Shown in pieces: positions 36,940-46,319 of a DNA stretch of 64,000 bases (position 1 is its first letter; every line of letters starts with the position of its first letter). The stretch covers positions 5,975 through 69,974 of the forward strand of contig CAZICK010000002.1 in assembly GCA_964537505.1 (NCBI GenBank), written 5' to 3'. Origin of the DNA: an uncultured Pirellulales bacterium (lineage in GTDB: Bacteria > Planctomycetota > Phycisphaerae > Sedimentisphaerales > SM23-30). A model generated the notes under the pieces. That model saw only the letters and a program-made list of their open reading frames with translations, was not told the DNA's origin and did not search any database. The translations under genes were made by a program, and so were the position numbers.

Positions 36940-37144
36940 GGATGCGGTTAAAAAGATTTCTGGCAATCACAGAGGACAGAAAAATCTGCCATCTGACTTC
37001 CGCCTTTTGACCTTTGACTTCTGCCATCTGAGACAGGTGGTTTTACAAAAAAAAGCGAGGCAAGTCATTACAACTTACCTCGCTTATCTTTTTGTCAGCT
37101 TGCCTTAATTAAAGACAAACCAAACTTTTCGGTCATCAAACCAA
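36940..37144 (-). repeat. 205-bp 3' flank repeat, copy 2
   Basis: See 35650-35854. Confidence 0.85.
37047..37083 (-). terminator. Intrinsic terminator of PEP-CTERM gene 2
   Basis: Same hairpin plus T8 as 35757-35793. Confidence 0.65.
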
Positions 37145-37828
37145 TTAGGCACGACGACGACGAAGCAGAGCCAAGCCACCAAGGCCCAGCAGGCTCATGG
37201 TCATCGGTTCAGGAATCTGATGAATCACAATGCTGTCCATCACTGTTCCATCTTGAATGATTTTTTCTGAGCCAGTCACAACGCCAGAGGCATTATGTAA
37301 CAACCTTGATATACCATAAGGTGCAATCAGCTCGACTACTACGTCAGTCGCTTCCACGCAATGTAAGTCCAGGCCATCCATCAACACGGGATAACTGTTT
37401 GCTTCTACGGCAGGAATGTAGCCACCAAACCAAGGCCCTTCGGTCGTGGCGTTATTGGTCGAATTCCAGGTAAGGCTACCACCAGAGAGCATGTATTCAT
37501 TGGCAGTATCCTTCACTGTCGAATACGTGATCCCCGTCGGAGCGTTGTCTTCCAGCATCCATAGACCCATGTTAAACGTCCTCATAGTCGAAAGCGGGAA
37601 AACAACATCAGCACCGTTCAGAACGGCTTGATTATTGCTCAACCTTATGGCAAAGTCACCGCCATTGAACTCAGTACCCGGCTCTATATGGATGTCCAGT
37701 GTAATATGCTGAGATGGCTCTATTTCTATCACATCCGGCGCCGGCAGTCCGCCGACACTCAGTATGAAACCAGCCTGCACCATCGAGGCCATGCCTAAAA
37801 CTAACAAAAGTGCTAACAACTTCTTCAT
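37145..37828 (-). CDS. PEP-CTERM sorting-domain secreted protein (paralog)
   Basis: Signal MKKLLALLLVLGMASMVQA. C-terminus IPEPMTMSLLGLGGLALLRRRRA. Start set at the paralogous ATG. The ORF is open to 37960. Confidence 0.85.
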   Translation of the reverse strand: MKKLLALLLVLGMASMVQAGFILSVGGLPAPDVIEIEPSQHITLDIHIEPGTEFNGGDFAIRLSNNQAVLNGADVVFPLSTMRTFNMGLWMLEDNAPTGITYSTVKDTANEYMLSGGSLTWNSTNNATTEGPWFGGYIPAVEANSYPVLMDGLDLHCVEATDVVVELIAPYGISRLLHNASGVVTGSEKIIQDGTVMDSIVIHQIPEPMTMSLLGLGGLALLRRRRA

Positions 37829-37960
37829 AACAAATTCTCCTTTGTTTCTAAAAATCAACTTTTCGCTGCCTCCGAAAAAACCTCCACACAAGGACATTTT
37901 TCTATAGCAGGCAGCAACAACAAAATTCACACAAAAAACCTTTTTTATTGCCAAAGGCAA

Positions 37961-38824
37961 TTATGGACAAGGAACGGGACATACGGGAGATCCCTGGAAG
38001 GCCGTAAACAAGGCCATTACATCACCAGAGAACGTCAGTAGTCCATCCATGTTCCAGTCGCTACGTCCCGTGAGGGACAAAGGTGACGTAGGATTCTGGA
38101 AGTCACCATACGCCATCATCACGTCACCGGCAAAGGTGACAAGGCAGTCGCCATTGACATCACCTTGTAGCCAGCAGGCGCCACACCAATTTTGTGGCTC
38201 ACCCCAGGCCTTCCATGCTGCAACCTGTGCCGGAGTACCGGTGAAACACTCTTCGTCGTCTGTTACATCAATCGTATTGTCGCCGGGCGTACCATTACCG
38301 TCCAGATCGAAAACGATATCGACGGGACTACCAACGGCGCCGCCACGAAGGGTATCGGCTGCAACAGTAACGGTGCAAGCGCCTGAAAACGCTATTGTGC
38401 ACAGTTCCTCAGGGGCTCCCGCACTTCCGGCAGGAACTCCACCCTGCGCGCCACTTTCATCAACCATGCCTACGCAGATCGAGAAGTCGGAAACATCGCC
38501 AGCCGGTACGCCGGGGCCATCAACTTTGGCCAAAGGTCCGCCGTCACCCAGATTGTAAGTTCCCTCAGCGGTGACAACATCGTAGGCATAATCCAGGCAA
38601 ACGTTCCAGTTCTCACCGGCGGTTGTGCCTGCAGCATTGGTAGTGGCATCGCCGGAATTAAGCGTCAAAGCGACGCCACGCAAATCCCCATTGACGTAAT
38701 ACTTAAGCGTCAACTCCTTTGGCACAGACACGTCACCGACAATCGTGACGGTCGCTGCTAAAACAGGAGCGGTCATTACTAAAACCGCTATCAAACACAC
38801 TAAAGTCTTCATAAGAGTCTCCAA
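37961..38824 (-). CDS. Secreted protein with C-terminal dockerin-like EF-hand pair (hypothetical)
   Basis: Signal peptide LIAVLVMTAPVLAA. GDVNGDCLVTFAGDV and SDWNMDGLLTFSGDV calcium-loop-like repeats. Confidence 0.65.
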   Translation of the reverse strand: METLMKTLVCLIAVLVMTAPVLAATVTIVGDVSVPKELTLKYYVNGDLRGVALTLNSGDATTNAAGTTAGENWNVCLDYAYDVVTAEGTYNLGDGGPLAKVDGPGVPAGDVSDFSICVGMVDESGAQGGVPAGSAGAPEELCTIAFSGACTVTVAADTLRGGAVGSPVDIVFDLDGNGTPGDNTIDVTDDEECFTGTPAQVAAWKAWGEPQNWCGACWLQGDVNGDCLVTFAGDVMMAYGDFQNPTSPLSLTGRSDWNMDGLLTFSGDVMALFTAFQGSPVCPVPCP

Positions 38825-38882
38825 TAAATGAACAGATTAGCCAAATACTTACTGTTCTACGATCAAATTTTGACTGCTTGTT

Positions 38883-38919
38883 GTTAACTTCGCCTCAATT
38901 GTCGTTAACTTCGCCTCAA
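38883..38919. repeat. Exact 16-bp direct repeat (gttaacttcgcctcaa x2, period 21 bp)
   Basis: Read directly from the sequence. It lies between the conserved promoter (39131-39160) and the 38824 start codon. Confidence 0.8.
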
Positions 38920-39047
38920 ACCCATTAAGCAACAGGGCTTAGTCAAAACCGATCATAACAAAAAAACCCTAATCTCTAATTTCTTCCCGTCTCCACCTTC
39001 CTTTCTCGCCTCTTAGCCAGAACTCCTAAGATCAGACCCGCTTTCGT

Positions 39048-39212
39048 CCGCGAAAAATCCCGCAAACGAAAACCACGTATCCAAAAAAAGTGTGTGTCAA
39101 AGTGAACTACAAGAACTCCTTTACATCCCTATCATAGTTGAATCATATAACCCGTGTCAACCCTTTTTTTTGAAATTTTGCAAAAAAAACCACTTTTCCT
39201 TAAAAAAAAGGT
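39048..39212 (-). promoter_or_regulatory. Conserved promoter+leader, copy 2 (TTGACA-18-TATGAT at 39160-39131)
   Basis: Collinear with 36551-36715, but here about 300 nt upstream of the start codon. Confidence 0.5.
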
Positions 39213-39725
39213 AAAAAATCGGCTCTTTCTCCAAAAAAGGGCATAATCTCCTCTCTCTTTCTCCACACACACGGCAAAAGTCTCTCACACCTTCACATTC
39301 CCACGCCATTCTCTATATTTAATGGCAAAAAACAAGCCAAAAAAATAAAAAAACAAAATATTTTTTATTATTGCGATAACGTCTTTTTTATAAAGGTGTT
39401 ATGAATCTTATTCCGATGAGAAAGATCACAGGCGTTTCGTTTTACGATCAGGTCTGTCGAAAAAAAACAACGCCAAAAATAAGGTTATAACGCATAACCA
39501 ACTTGTACTTAAACACTTATGTAAAATGATGCCTCGTGGCAACACCTGACTGTGAACTCAACACAACCAACAATAGCTTTTCGCAGAGCCGACGCACCTG
39601 GCAATGCCGCCAGTCTTCCTGCTGCGACTACTTTATCATAGTTCGGTAAACTAGATAAGGTGCTATAATCAGGATGAAATAAATATTTGCAGCCAAGACG
39701 AGGTGCCGGGAGGACCTTAAGTAGT

Positions 39726-42700
39726 ATGTCTGGTTCAGCCGACAACATTATTTCGATAGAATACTCACCCGATTCGAATCGTAACTTGTTGCAATACTCG
39801 GTGTTACGTATTCGGGTAAAGGTTCGCCAGCGCCAATTGGGCCATAGCGGACCGTTTACGGTGGTTATACGGACGAACCTGAACCAGGCCGGTCGTATCC
39901 GCCGGCAGGTGATTGATCTGGTTGAGAAGGGCCAGAGCTCCTCGACGGATTATTATGATATACCAACCAGTTACGACGCCCAGCGGGACGAATATGGGGT
40001 GGATGTGCTGCTTGGAGAAGTGGGCTACTTTGAGTTTAAGGTGCGCGTGGAGTCGGTTCAGCGGGATCGGCCGTGGGTGAAATGGGCCGACGGCGCCAAC
40101 GTGGGCATTTCTGTAACTCCTTTAGAATACGGACGTAACAATTCAATTTATTGTGCGTTTATTCGGCAGTATGGATCTGACAAGGATCAGGCCGACCTGC
40201 ACAATGAGGCATTAGAGACGCGGATCATCACTCTGGAGGCCGAAGGCGCCTATGTGCTGCCGCCTGGAGGCAATTTCGAGACGTTCAAGGACTGCCTGCC
40301 TTTTATAATAGAACAATTAGGCATGAAGATCATACATCTGCTGCCGATCAACCCAGTTCCGACCTCGTATGGGCGGATGGGAATGTACGGCAGTCCTTAC
40401 GCGACCACGGATTATTTTGGGATCGACCATACTTATGGGACGTTCAGCCAATATAAGACCATTGAGGATCAGTTTATCGATCTGACCTCGACCATCCACG
40501 GATTAGGGGCCAAGGTGTTTCTCGATATGGTGATCAACCATACCGGTTGGGCCAGCAGTATCCTTTTTGCGCATCGACAGTGGATCAAAGTAGGACATGA
40601 CCGAAAGATTATTTCACCCGGAGCGTGGGGTGTTGTCTGGGGCGACCTGGTAGAGTTGGACTACAGTCATCTGGATTTGTGGAAGTATATGGCTGATATG
40701 TTTTTGACCTGGTGCGGGCGGGGCATTGACGGATTTCGCCTGGATGCGGGCTATAAGGTGCCGTTAGGGGTGTGGCGATACATAATTTCCAGGGTTCGCC
40801 AGGAATTTCCGAACACTATGTTCCTATTGGAGGGATTGGGTGGCCCATGGCAGACAACCGAAACACTCCTTACGGAAGGACAGTCAACCTGGGCATACTC
40901 CGAACTGTTTCAAAATTATTCGCGCCAGGAAATAGTGGACTATCTGGATTATGCTCAGCGGGTTTCCGGGGGCAAAGGAGTGATGGTACACTATGCGGAA
41001 ACGCACGATAACGATCGACTGGCCAAAAAGGGCAGGATTTATACGCTGATGCGATTGCATCTTTGCGCTTTCACCTCGTTTTCGGGGGCGTGGGGCTTTA
41101 CTAACGGGGTGGAATGGCTGGCTACCGAAAAGATCGACGTGCACCGTAATACAGCTCTCAACTGGGGCAGCGATAACAATCTGGTAAAAGAGATTACGAG
41201 AATTAATAAAATCTTGGCCGAAAACCCCGCTTTCTGGGAGCTGGACAATCTGGAGATATTTAATACGAACAATGACGAGGTCCTGGGCTTTGTCCGCAGC
41301 AATAAAGATCACAGTAATGTTATAGCCTGCATGATCAACCTGAACACGCAGGAAAGCAAAAAAGCCAAATGGCCCTGGTGGCAAAGCCGATTCAACGAGA
41401 TGATAGAAACAGACAGCGTCGTGTGCAATCTACTCAACGACCAGATCGATGAATTGCCCCAGGATCGCATCAGCCAGAGTGTACTGGAACCTGGCGAATG
41501 TGTGGTTTATCGGTTAGAAAAAAAAGAACAGCCAATACGCCCGACGATACCGGCAATATTTGAGATCGACTGCGAAGCGATATCGTTGATATACCAAATA
41601 TTACTGAGCCGATTCAAACCGTACGAACTCGGCCGAATCGATCAGGAGAAGCTCTTACGCAAGGTGACCGATTACAGAAAGTTCATTGTGCTGGTCAATA
41701 CGGTAAGTGTGGAATATCTGATTCAGCACGATCTCTCCGAGGCATTGGCGAGAATAGAAGACGATATGGTGGAGCGGTACTCGTCCGTATGGACGTTTCG
41801 GGAGAGCAGTAAGGAATTTATCATATCGGGCGACAAGTGGCTCGTGGTGCACACGTTCGTTCCGTGTACGGCGTATCTGAAAACAGGGCAGGAGTCGCTT
41901 CGCGTCGAGTCAATTCCATGTCCGGATGGGGTGGGGCATTTGGCGTTTTTCCCACCTCGGGGCGACAACCAAAGAGCCGTGTTGAGTTTCAACTGGAAAA
42001 TTGAGCGAAACAAAAAAGTGATACGACAGCTTCAGGAAGAGGAATATCCTGTTTTTTCGTTGCCTCCGGGCCGAGAGAAACCGCGAGAACGAAAAATTTA
42101 TCCGATCAAACTGGACAAAGAGCATCTCCATGCGGATGGTGCTACGGTACTCTTGACCAATGGGATAGGCGGCCTTTCTCAATGTCCGGCGCGCCCCGGC
42201 GTAATCAACAGTAAATATGATGCCCTTTTCGCCGTGACGCCCGACAGCTCTCGGCCGGAGCATCGTCTCTCGCTTATCAAGACAACCAAAGAAACGATTC
42301 AGGTGGGGCAGAAATTTTTCGATCTGGATGAGAGCTTTCTCAACAGCTTTACTCGCTATCCGCAGCCGCTATGGGAGTTTATCTACGATGATGGAGAATA
42401 CTATCTTATAATCGAGCGATCTGTGGTTATGCCTTATGGGGAAAATAAACTTTTCGTTCGCTATAGGATAAAGGATGCCAGTACCGCTGTCACCTTGACG
42501 AGCAAATGTTACATAGAATGCCGTCGTGTACACGATCAGATGAAAGCGGCCGAGAATAAAGAGTTACGGCTATGGATAGAGCGGTCATGCCGAACGACCT
42601 CTACATCGAACGGAGTGGTCTTTACGCCCTGGAAGGGAATGCGGCTGACGGTCACAGCCGAAAATGCGAACTTCATTGAACAGCCGCACTGGATATATGG

Positions 42701-44255
42701 CTTGGATTGTCCGCAGGATGCCCAGTGGGGGCTGCAAGATAAAAGTGATGTCTTTGCGCCAGGCATGTTTAATTTTGAACTGGTCAAAGGCGACAGCGCC
42801 ATAATCGCGATAGACCTTGCCCTCCAGGATTCCGCCGATCCCAGGCAGGATGAACAGGATGAACGCGATGAACAGTCCACTCGCAAAGACCTGCTCCAGC
42901 GATCCATTCGGGCCGCTGAAACCTCACAGAATAAACGCGTTAAAAACTTGCTTGCTCAACTGCCGGTAGAAAAAGCGCAAAAAGACCCCTTGGTGAAAAT
43001 GCTCACTCATGCGATGGATCAGTTCCTGGTGCATCTCAATAATGAGTGGCAGATCATTGCGGGGTATCCGTGGCTGGGCGTGCGGGTGAGAGATTCGCTA
43101 CACTGCGTCAACGGACTGATGGCAGTGGGAAGAGAAGATGTGGCACGCGATGTCATTATGCAGGCGGCACGCACCGAATCGGACGGACTGCTGGCCGACT
43201 GGCTGGGACCGGCAACGGACCGGCGGACCAGCACCGAAGCTTCATTACGACTGTTCCTGGCCGGACAAAATTACGTTAAACATGTTTCCGCTGGCGATGA
43301 TACGCCATTCTGGGACAAGGACCTCGGCACAAAACGCTCTTTACGTGAGATATTGGCAAGCATCTATGAAAGTTTCCGCCAAGGCAAAGGCAATGGGCCG
43401 ATGATAGACCAAAGTAGCGGATTGCTTTTCAGCCCATCCGGGTTCAGTTGGATGAATACCAGCTATCCGTGTGCGACACCGAGGGGCGGATTCCCGATCG
43501 AGATACAGGCTCTGTGGTTTCAGGTGTTGGCCGTGCTGGCAGAGGTTTGTCCGGCTTATGCCACGGAATCGCAGCAACTGCATAAGCAAATCGCGGAGAA
43601 ATTCATCTCATTGTACTGGAATGAAAAACGTGGGTATCTGGCCGATGTCCTGATAGCACAGAAACATACAGTTGCCGAGAAGGCATTGGCTGACACTTCA
43701 CTGCGTTTTAACCAGTTGGAGGCCATAAACGCCGGCCTGGTACCGCTGGACCAGGCACGTCAGGTCATCGATCTGATTACAAGGCGGTTGTTGGTCCCGG
43801 CGGCCGTGCGATCGCTGTCGGAGGATCCGCTGGCAGTACCATTGAAGATTGTGGATGATCGAGGCATTCTGCTGGCCGATCCACGAATGCCGTATCAGGG
43901 TACGTGCAGCGGGAACGAGACCACTCGGCGGGTGGCATACCACAACGGTACGGCCTGGCTGAACGTATATCCGGGTTTTATCGAGGCAAGGGCATCTGTC
44001 TTCCGATTTACCGACTTGGCGGTAAGACAGGCACTGGCGTTTTTCGAGCCGATCAAAACACATCTGATGGAAAATGGTATCGGCACTATTTCGGAGATGA
44101 AAGACGGCAATTATCCCCACCAGGCGAGGGGCTGCTACGGATACGCCCTGAGCGTAGCAGAGGCCCTGCGAGTTTACATGCTGCTGAAATATCAACAACG
44201 CCCGATGCAATTCGCAAAGAAAGAATTTCCCGCTGCCGCACAAACTCAGAAATAG
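39726..44255 (+). CDS. Fusion protein: GH13 alpha-amylase-family catalytic domain + amylo-alpha-1,6-glucosidase (GDE_C-type) domain
   Basis: GH13 regions I-IV are present: FLDMVINHTG, GFRLDAGYK, FLLEGLG, YAETHDNDR. The C-terminal third has AGYPWLGVRVRDS and EIQALWF, typical of glycogen-debranching six-hairpin domains. ATG at 39726; the ORF is open from 39687. Confidence 0.8.
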   Translation: MSGSADNIISIEYSPDSNRNLLQYSVLRIRVKVRQRQLGHSGPFTVVIRTNLNQAGRIRRQVIDLVEKGQSSSTDYYDIPTSYDAQRDEYGVDVLLGEVGYFEFKVRVESVQRDRPWVKWADGANVGISVTPLEYGRNNSIYCAFIRQYGSDKDQADLHNEALETRIITLEAEGAYVLPPGGNFETFKDCLPFIIEQLGMKIIHLLPINPVPTSYGRMGMYGSPYATTDYFGIDHTYGTFSQYKTIEDQFIDLTSTIHGLGAKVFLDMVINHTGWASSILFAHRQWIKVGHDRKIISPGAWGVVWGDLVELDYSHLDLWKYMADMFLTWCGRGIDGFRLDAGYKVPLGVWRYIISRVRQEFPNTMFLLEGLGGPWQTTETLLTEGQSTWAYSELFQNYSRQEIVDYLDYAQRVSGGKGVMVHYAETHDNDRLAKKGRIYTLMRLHLCAFTSFSGAWGFTNGVEWLATEKIDVHRNTALNWGSDNNLVKEITRINKILAENPAFWELDNLEIFNTNNDEVLGFVRSNKDHSNVIACMINLNTQESKKAKWPWWQSRFNEMIETDSVVCNLLNDQIDELPQDRISQSVLEPGECVVYRLEKKEQPIRPTIPAIFEIDCEAISLIYQILLSRFKPYELGRIDQEKLLRKVTDYRKFIVLVNTVSVEYLIQHDLSEALARIEDDMVERYSSVWTFRESSKEFIISGDKWLVVHTFVPCTAYLKTGQESLRVESIPCPDGVGHLAFFPPRGDNQRAVLSFNWKIERNKKVIRQLQEEEYPVFSLPPGREKPRERKIYPIKLDKEHLHADGATVLLTNGIGGLSQCPARPGVINSKYDALFAVTPDSSRPEHRLSLIKTTKETIQVGQKFFDLDESFLNSFTRYPQPLWEFIYDDGEYYLIIERSVVMPYGENKLFVRYRIKDASTAVTLTSKCYIECRRVHDQMKAAENKELRLWIERSCRTTSTSNGVVFTPWKGMRLTVTAENANFIEQPHWIYGLDCPQDAQWGLQDKSDVFAPGMFNFELVKGDSAIIAIDLALQDSADPRQDEQDERDEQSTRKDLLQRSIRAAETSQNKRVKNLLAQLPVEKAQKDPLVKMLTHAMDQFLVHLNNEWQIIAGYPWLGVRVRDSLHCVNGLMAVGREDVARDVIMQAARTESDGLLADWLGPATDRRTSTEASLRLFLAGQNYVKHVSAGDDTPFWDKDLGTKRSLREILASIYESFRQGKGNGPMIDQSSGLLFSPSGFSWMNTSYPCATPRGGFPIEIQALWFQVLAVLAEVCPAYATESQQLHKQIAEKFISLYWNEKRGYLADVLIAQKHTVAEKALADTSLRFNQLEAINAGLVPLDQARQVIDLITRRLLVPAAVRSLSEDPLAVPLKIVDDRGILLADPRMPYQGTCSGNETTRRVAYHNGTAWLNVYPGFIEARASVFRFTDLAVRQALAFFEPIKTHLMENGIGTISEMKDGNYPHQARGCYGYALSVAEALRVYMLLKYQQRPMQFAKKEFPAAAQTQK

Positions 44256-44316
44256 AACAGATGTTCCACTCCTAGCCCAAGTTACGCTACTAAAAATATG
44301 CCATTCTTATAGTGTT

Positions 44317-44382
44317 AACTTTGTGTATAGACAATACACAAGAAAAAGTGCGACATGTAGAGCCGCGTAAGCGAAATTGCAC
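44317..44382 (-). repeat. Second copy of the 66-nt core of the 16143 element
   Basis: The reverse complement, gtgcaatttcgcttacgcggctctacatgtcgcactttttcttgtgtattgtctatacacaaagtt, matches 16148-16213 with 6 substitutions. Confidence 0.75.
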
Positions 44383-44399
44383 TTTGTGAGAAGTGCGGG

Positions 44400-44801
44400 C
44401 TAATCGGTCGTGAGGGCTTCGTCGCGCAGAGCCTGTGCCCGCTCGATGAGAGCGTCGGTATCCGTTGGGCTTGTGGGGGTCAACTGATAATGCCAATGGT
44501 GGCGGTCCACCAGCCGAAATGGCAGTAAGGTTTCAGAAAAAAAATCAAGGATCGGCCATTGATATAACGGCACCAGGGTTTTGCGGGATGTTTTGATGGT
44601 TTGAAATCCTTGTTTTCGCACGGCTAATTCGTATCGGCCGTACCATGTGAAAGGTACCGTTACCGGGGTGACGCCTACTTCCTGGTCGTTGAGCCAAACA
44701 AGAGCGCCGGGCGGATCGGTTGATACCTTGATCAGCCGTTCGACACAGCCGGTCAGGGTCCAGCAGATCAAGAGCAAAGCAGTGAGTAATCCGTATTTCA
44801 T
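44400..44801 (-). CDS. PEGA-domain lipoprotein
   Basis: Lipobox TLTGC. IKVSTDPPGALVWLNDQEVGVTPVTVP is a PEGA-type beta-sandwich signature. Confidence 0.7.
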   Translation of the reverse strand: MKYGLLTALLLICWTLTGCVERLIKVSTDPPGALVWLNDQEVGVTPVTVPFTWYGRYELAVRKQGFQTIKTSRKTLVPLYQWPILDFFSETLLPFRLVDRHHWHYQLTPTSPTDTDALIERAQALRDEALTTD

Positions 44802-44965
44802 ACCTCGTCCGGCATCTGCTCAGAGGTTTCTTTTTTCTCAGCGGTCAGCGCCCGGTAGAGACACCAGATCAAACCGCCGACGATGATAAGGAGCATCCCA
44901 GCTAAAATCAAATAAGCTTCGGTGGACAGCACCCCGTCGTAATCTATTTTTGCAAGTATTTGCAT
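44798..44965 (-). CDS. 55-aa single-pass membrane protein, hypothetical
   Basis: MQILAKIDYDGVLSTEAYLILAGMLLIIVGGLIWCLYRAL.... The stop overlaps the PEGA gene start (ATGA). Below the ORF-track cut-off. Confidence 0.4.
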   Translation of the reverse strand: MQILAKIDYDGVLSTEAYLILAGMLLIIVGGLIWCLYRALTAEKKETSEQMPDEV

Positions 44966-45075
44966 GACAAGACCTTAGAAGGATATCAGCGTTAATGAAA
45001 TTCCTACAGCATCTCCAAAACTTTTATGTTGGTCGCTGGTTTCACGATCGCTTAGCATAGAAATATTAAATTTAC

Positions 45076-45103
45076 TTGTCAACCAGGAAAATCCCGCTAG
45101 AAT
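45076..45103 (+). promoter_or_regulatory. Sigma70-like promoter upstream of asnA (TTGTCA-16-TAGAAT)
   Basis: Hexamer match only. It would give a ~100-nt leader. Confidence 0.35.
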
Positions 45104-45201
45104 GACAGGGCTTGGGGATTTCAGAGATGGGGTCCGATCTGCGTGGGGCATAGGATCCTTCGCGGCATTGTTATTGTTGAGCTTGGAAACAGGATAAGAT
45201 T

Positions 45202-46254
45202 TTGGAGGTGCAGAACGTGTCAGAATTAATTATCGATGAAAACTATGAGTCGAAGTTGTCAGTGCGAGAAACCGAAAAGGCAATCAAATTCATTAAAGAC
45301 TGTTTTCAGAATAATCTTGCCAAAGAACTGAATCTCCAAAGAGTGACGGCGCCACTATTCGTAGCCGGCGGTACGGGCGTAAATGACGATCTCAACGGTG
45401 TTGAGGCAAAGGCGTCGTTCACCGTAAAGGTTACGGGAACGGTTGGAGAATGTCTTTTTTCGCTGGCCAAGTGGAAAAGAATGGTGCTGGCTGACTATGG
45501 CTTTAATCATGGTGAAGGATTATATACGGATATGAATGCGATTCGTCCTGATGAGGAGTCGCTCGATAATCTTCATTCGGTATATGTGGACCAGTGGGAC
45601 TGGGAAAAGGCCATAACCAAAGAACAGAGGAATCTGGATTTCCTGAAGGAAACCGTCAGAAAAATATACAATGTGATGAGAAGCACGGAAAAGGCAGTCT
45701 ATGGCCAATATCCGTATCTGCAACCCGTTCTGCCGGAGGATATAACATTTGTTCATACGGAAGATTTGGTGGAGATGTATCCGAAACTAGACCCCAAGCA
45801 AAGGGAAGATAAGGTTACGGAGAAATATGGCGCGGTCTTTCTGATAGGCATTGGCGGACAGTTGCCCGACGGCCGATGGCACGAAGGCCGGGCGCCGGAT
45901 TATGACGACTGGACGACCGACACCGGCAACGGCAGGAAGGGACTCAACGGGGATATTTTATTGTGGTATCCGCTGTTAAATAAAACCTTCGAGATCAGCT
46001 CCATGGGAATCAGGGTGGATAAGGAGGCAATGCTGCGACAGTTAAAGATAAGAGGCTTTGAAGACAGGAAACAGCGGGAATGGCATAAGAGACTGCTAAA
46101 CGACGAATTTCCCGAGTGCGTGGGCGGCGGTATCGGTCAATCGAGGTTGTGTATGTTCTTTCTGCGGAAGATGCATATCGGCGAGGTGCACGCCAGCATT
46201 TGGCCGGATGAAACAATAAAAAAATGCAGGGAAGCCGGGGTCAGGCTGTTATAA
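45202..46254 (+). CDS. asnA: Aspartate-ammonia ligase (asparagine synthetase A)
   Basis: AsnA family: ETEKAIKFIKD.F, RVTAPLFV, class-II aaRS-like core, SSMGIRVD. The likely true start is the GTG at 45217, 8 nt after ggagg. Confidence 0.85.
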   Translation: MEVQNVSELIIDENYESKLSVRETEKAIKFIKDCFQNNLAKELNLQRVTAPLFVAGGTGVNDDLNGVEAKASFTVKVTGTVGECLFSLAKWKRMVLADYGFNHGEGLYTDMNAIRPDEESLDNLHSVYVDQWDWEKAITKEQRNLDFLKETVRKIYNVMRSTEKAVYGQYPYLQPVLPEDITFVHTEDLVEMYPKLDPKQREDKVTEKYGAVFLIGIGGQLPDGRWHEGRAPDYDDWTTDTGNGRKGLNGDILLWYPLLNKTFEISSMGIRVDKEAMLRQLKIRGFEDRKQREWHKRLLNDEFPECVGGGIGQSRLCMFFLRKMHIGEVHASIWPDETIKKCREAGVRLL

Positions 46255-46319
46255 CTTAGGGAACCTCTAAAACTACAAACGGCTGCAATTCCCGCCAGCG
46301 TCAATTTTATGTAAAAAAA

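Noticed and set aside
36471-37108. 107-aa and 65-aa + strand ORFs
   Set aside because: They fall in the conserved leader and the duplicated 3' flank of the minus-strand PEP-CTERM genes, and their sequence is low-complexity.
43698-44243. 181-aa minus-strand ORF, and several other 60-170-aa ORFs inside 39726-44255
   Set aside because: They are antisense or off-frame within the GH13/GDE fusion gene, with no independent support.
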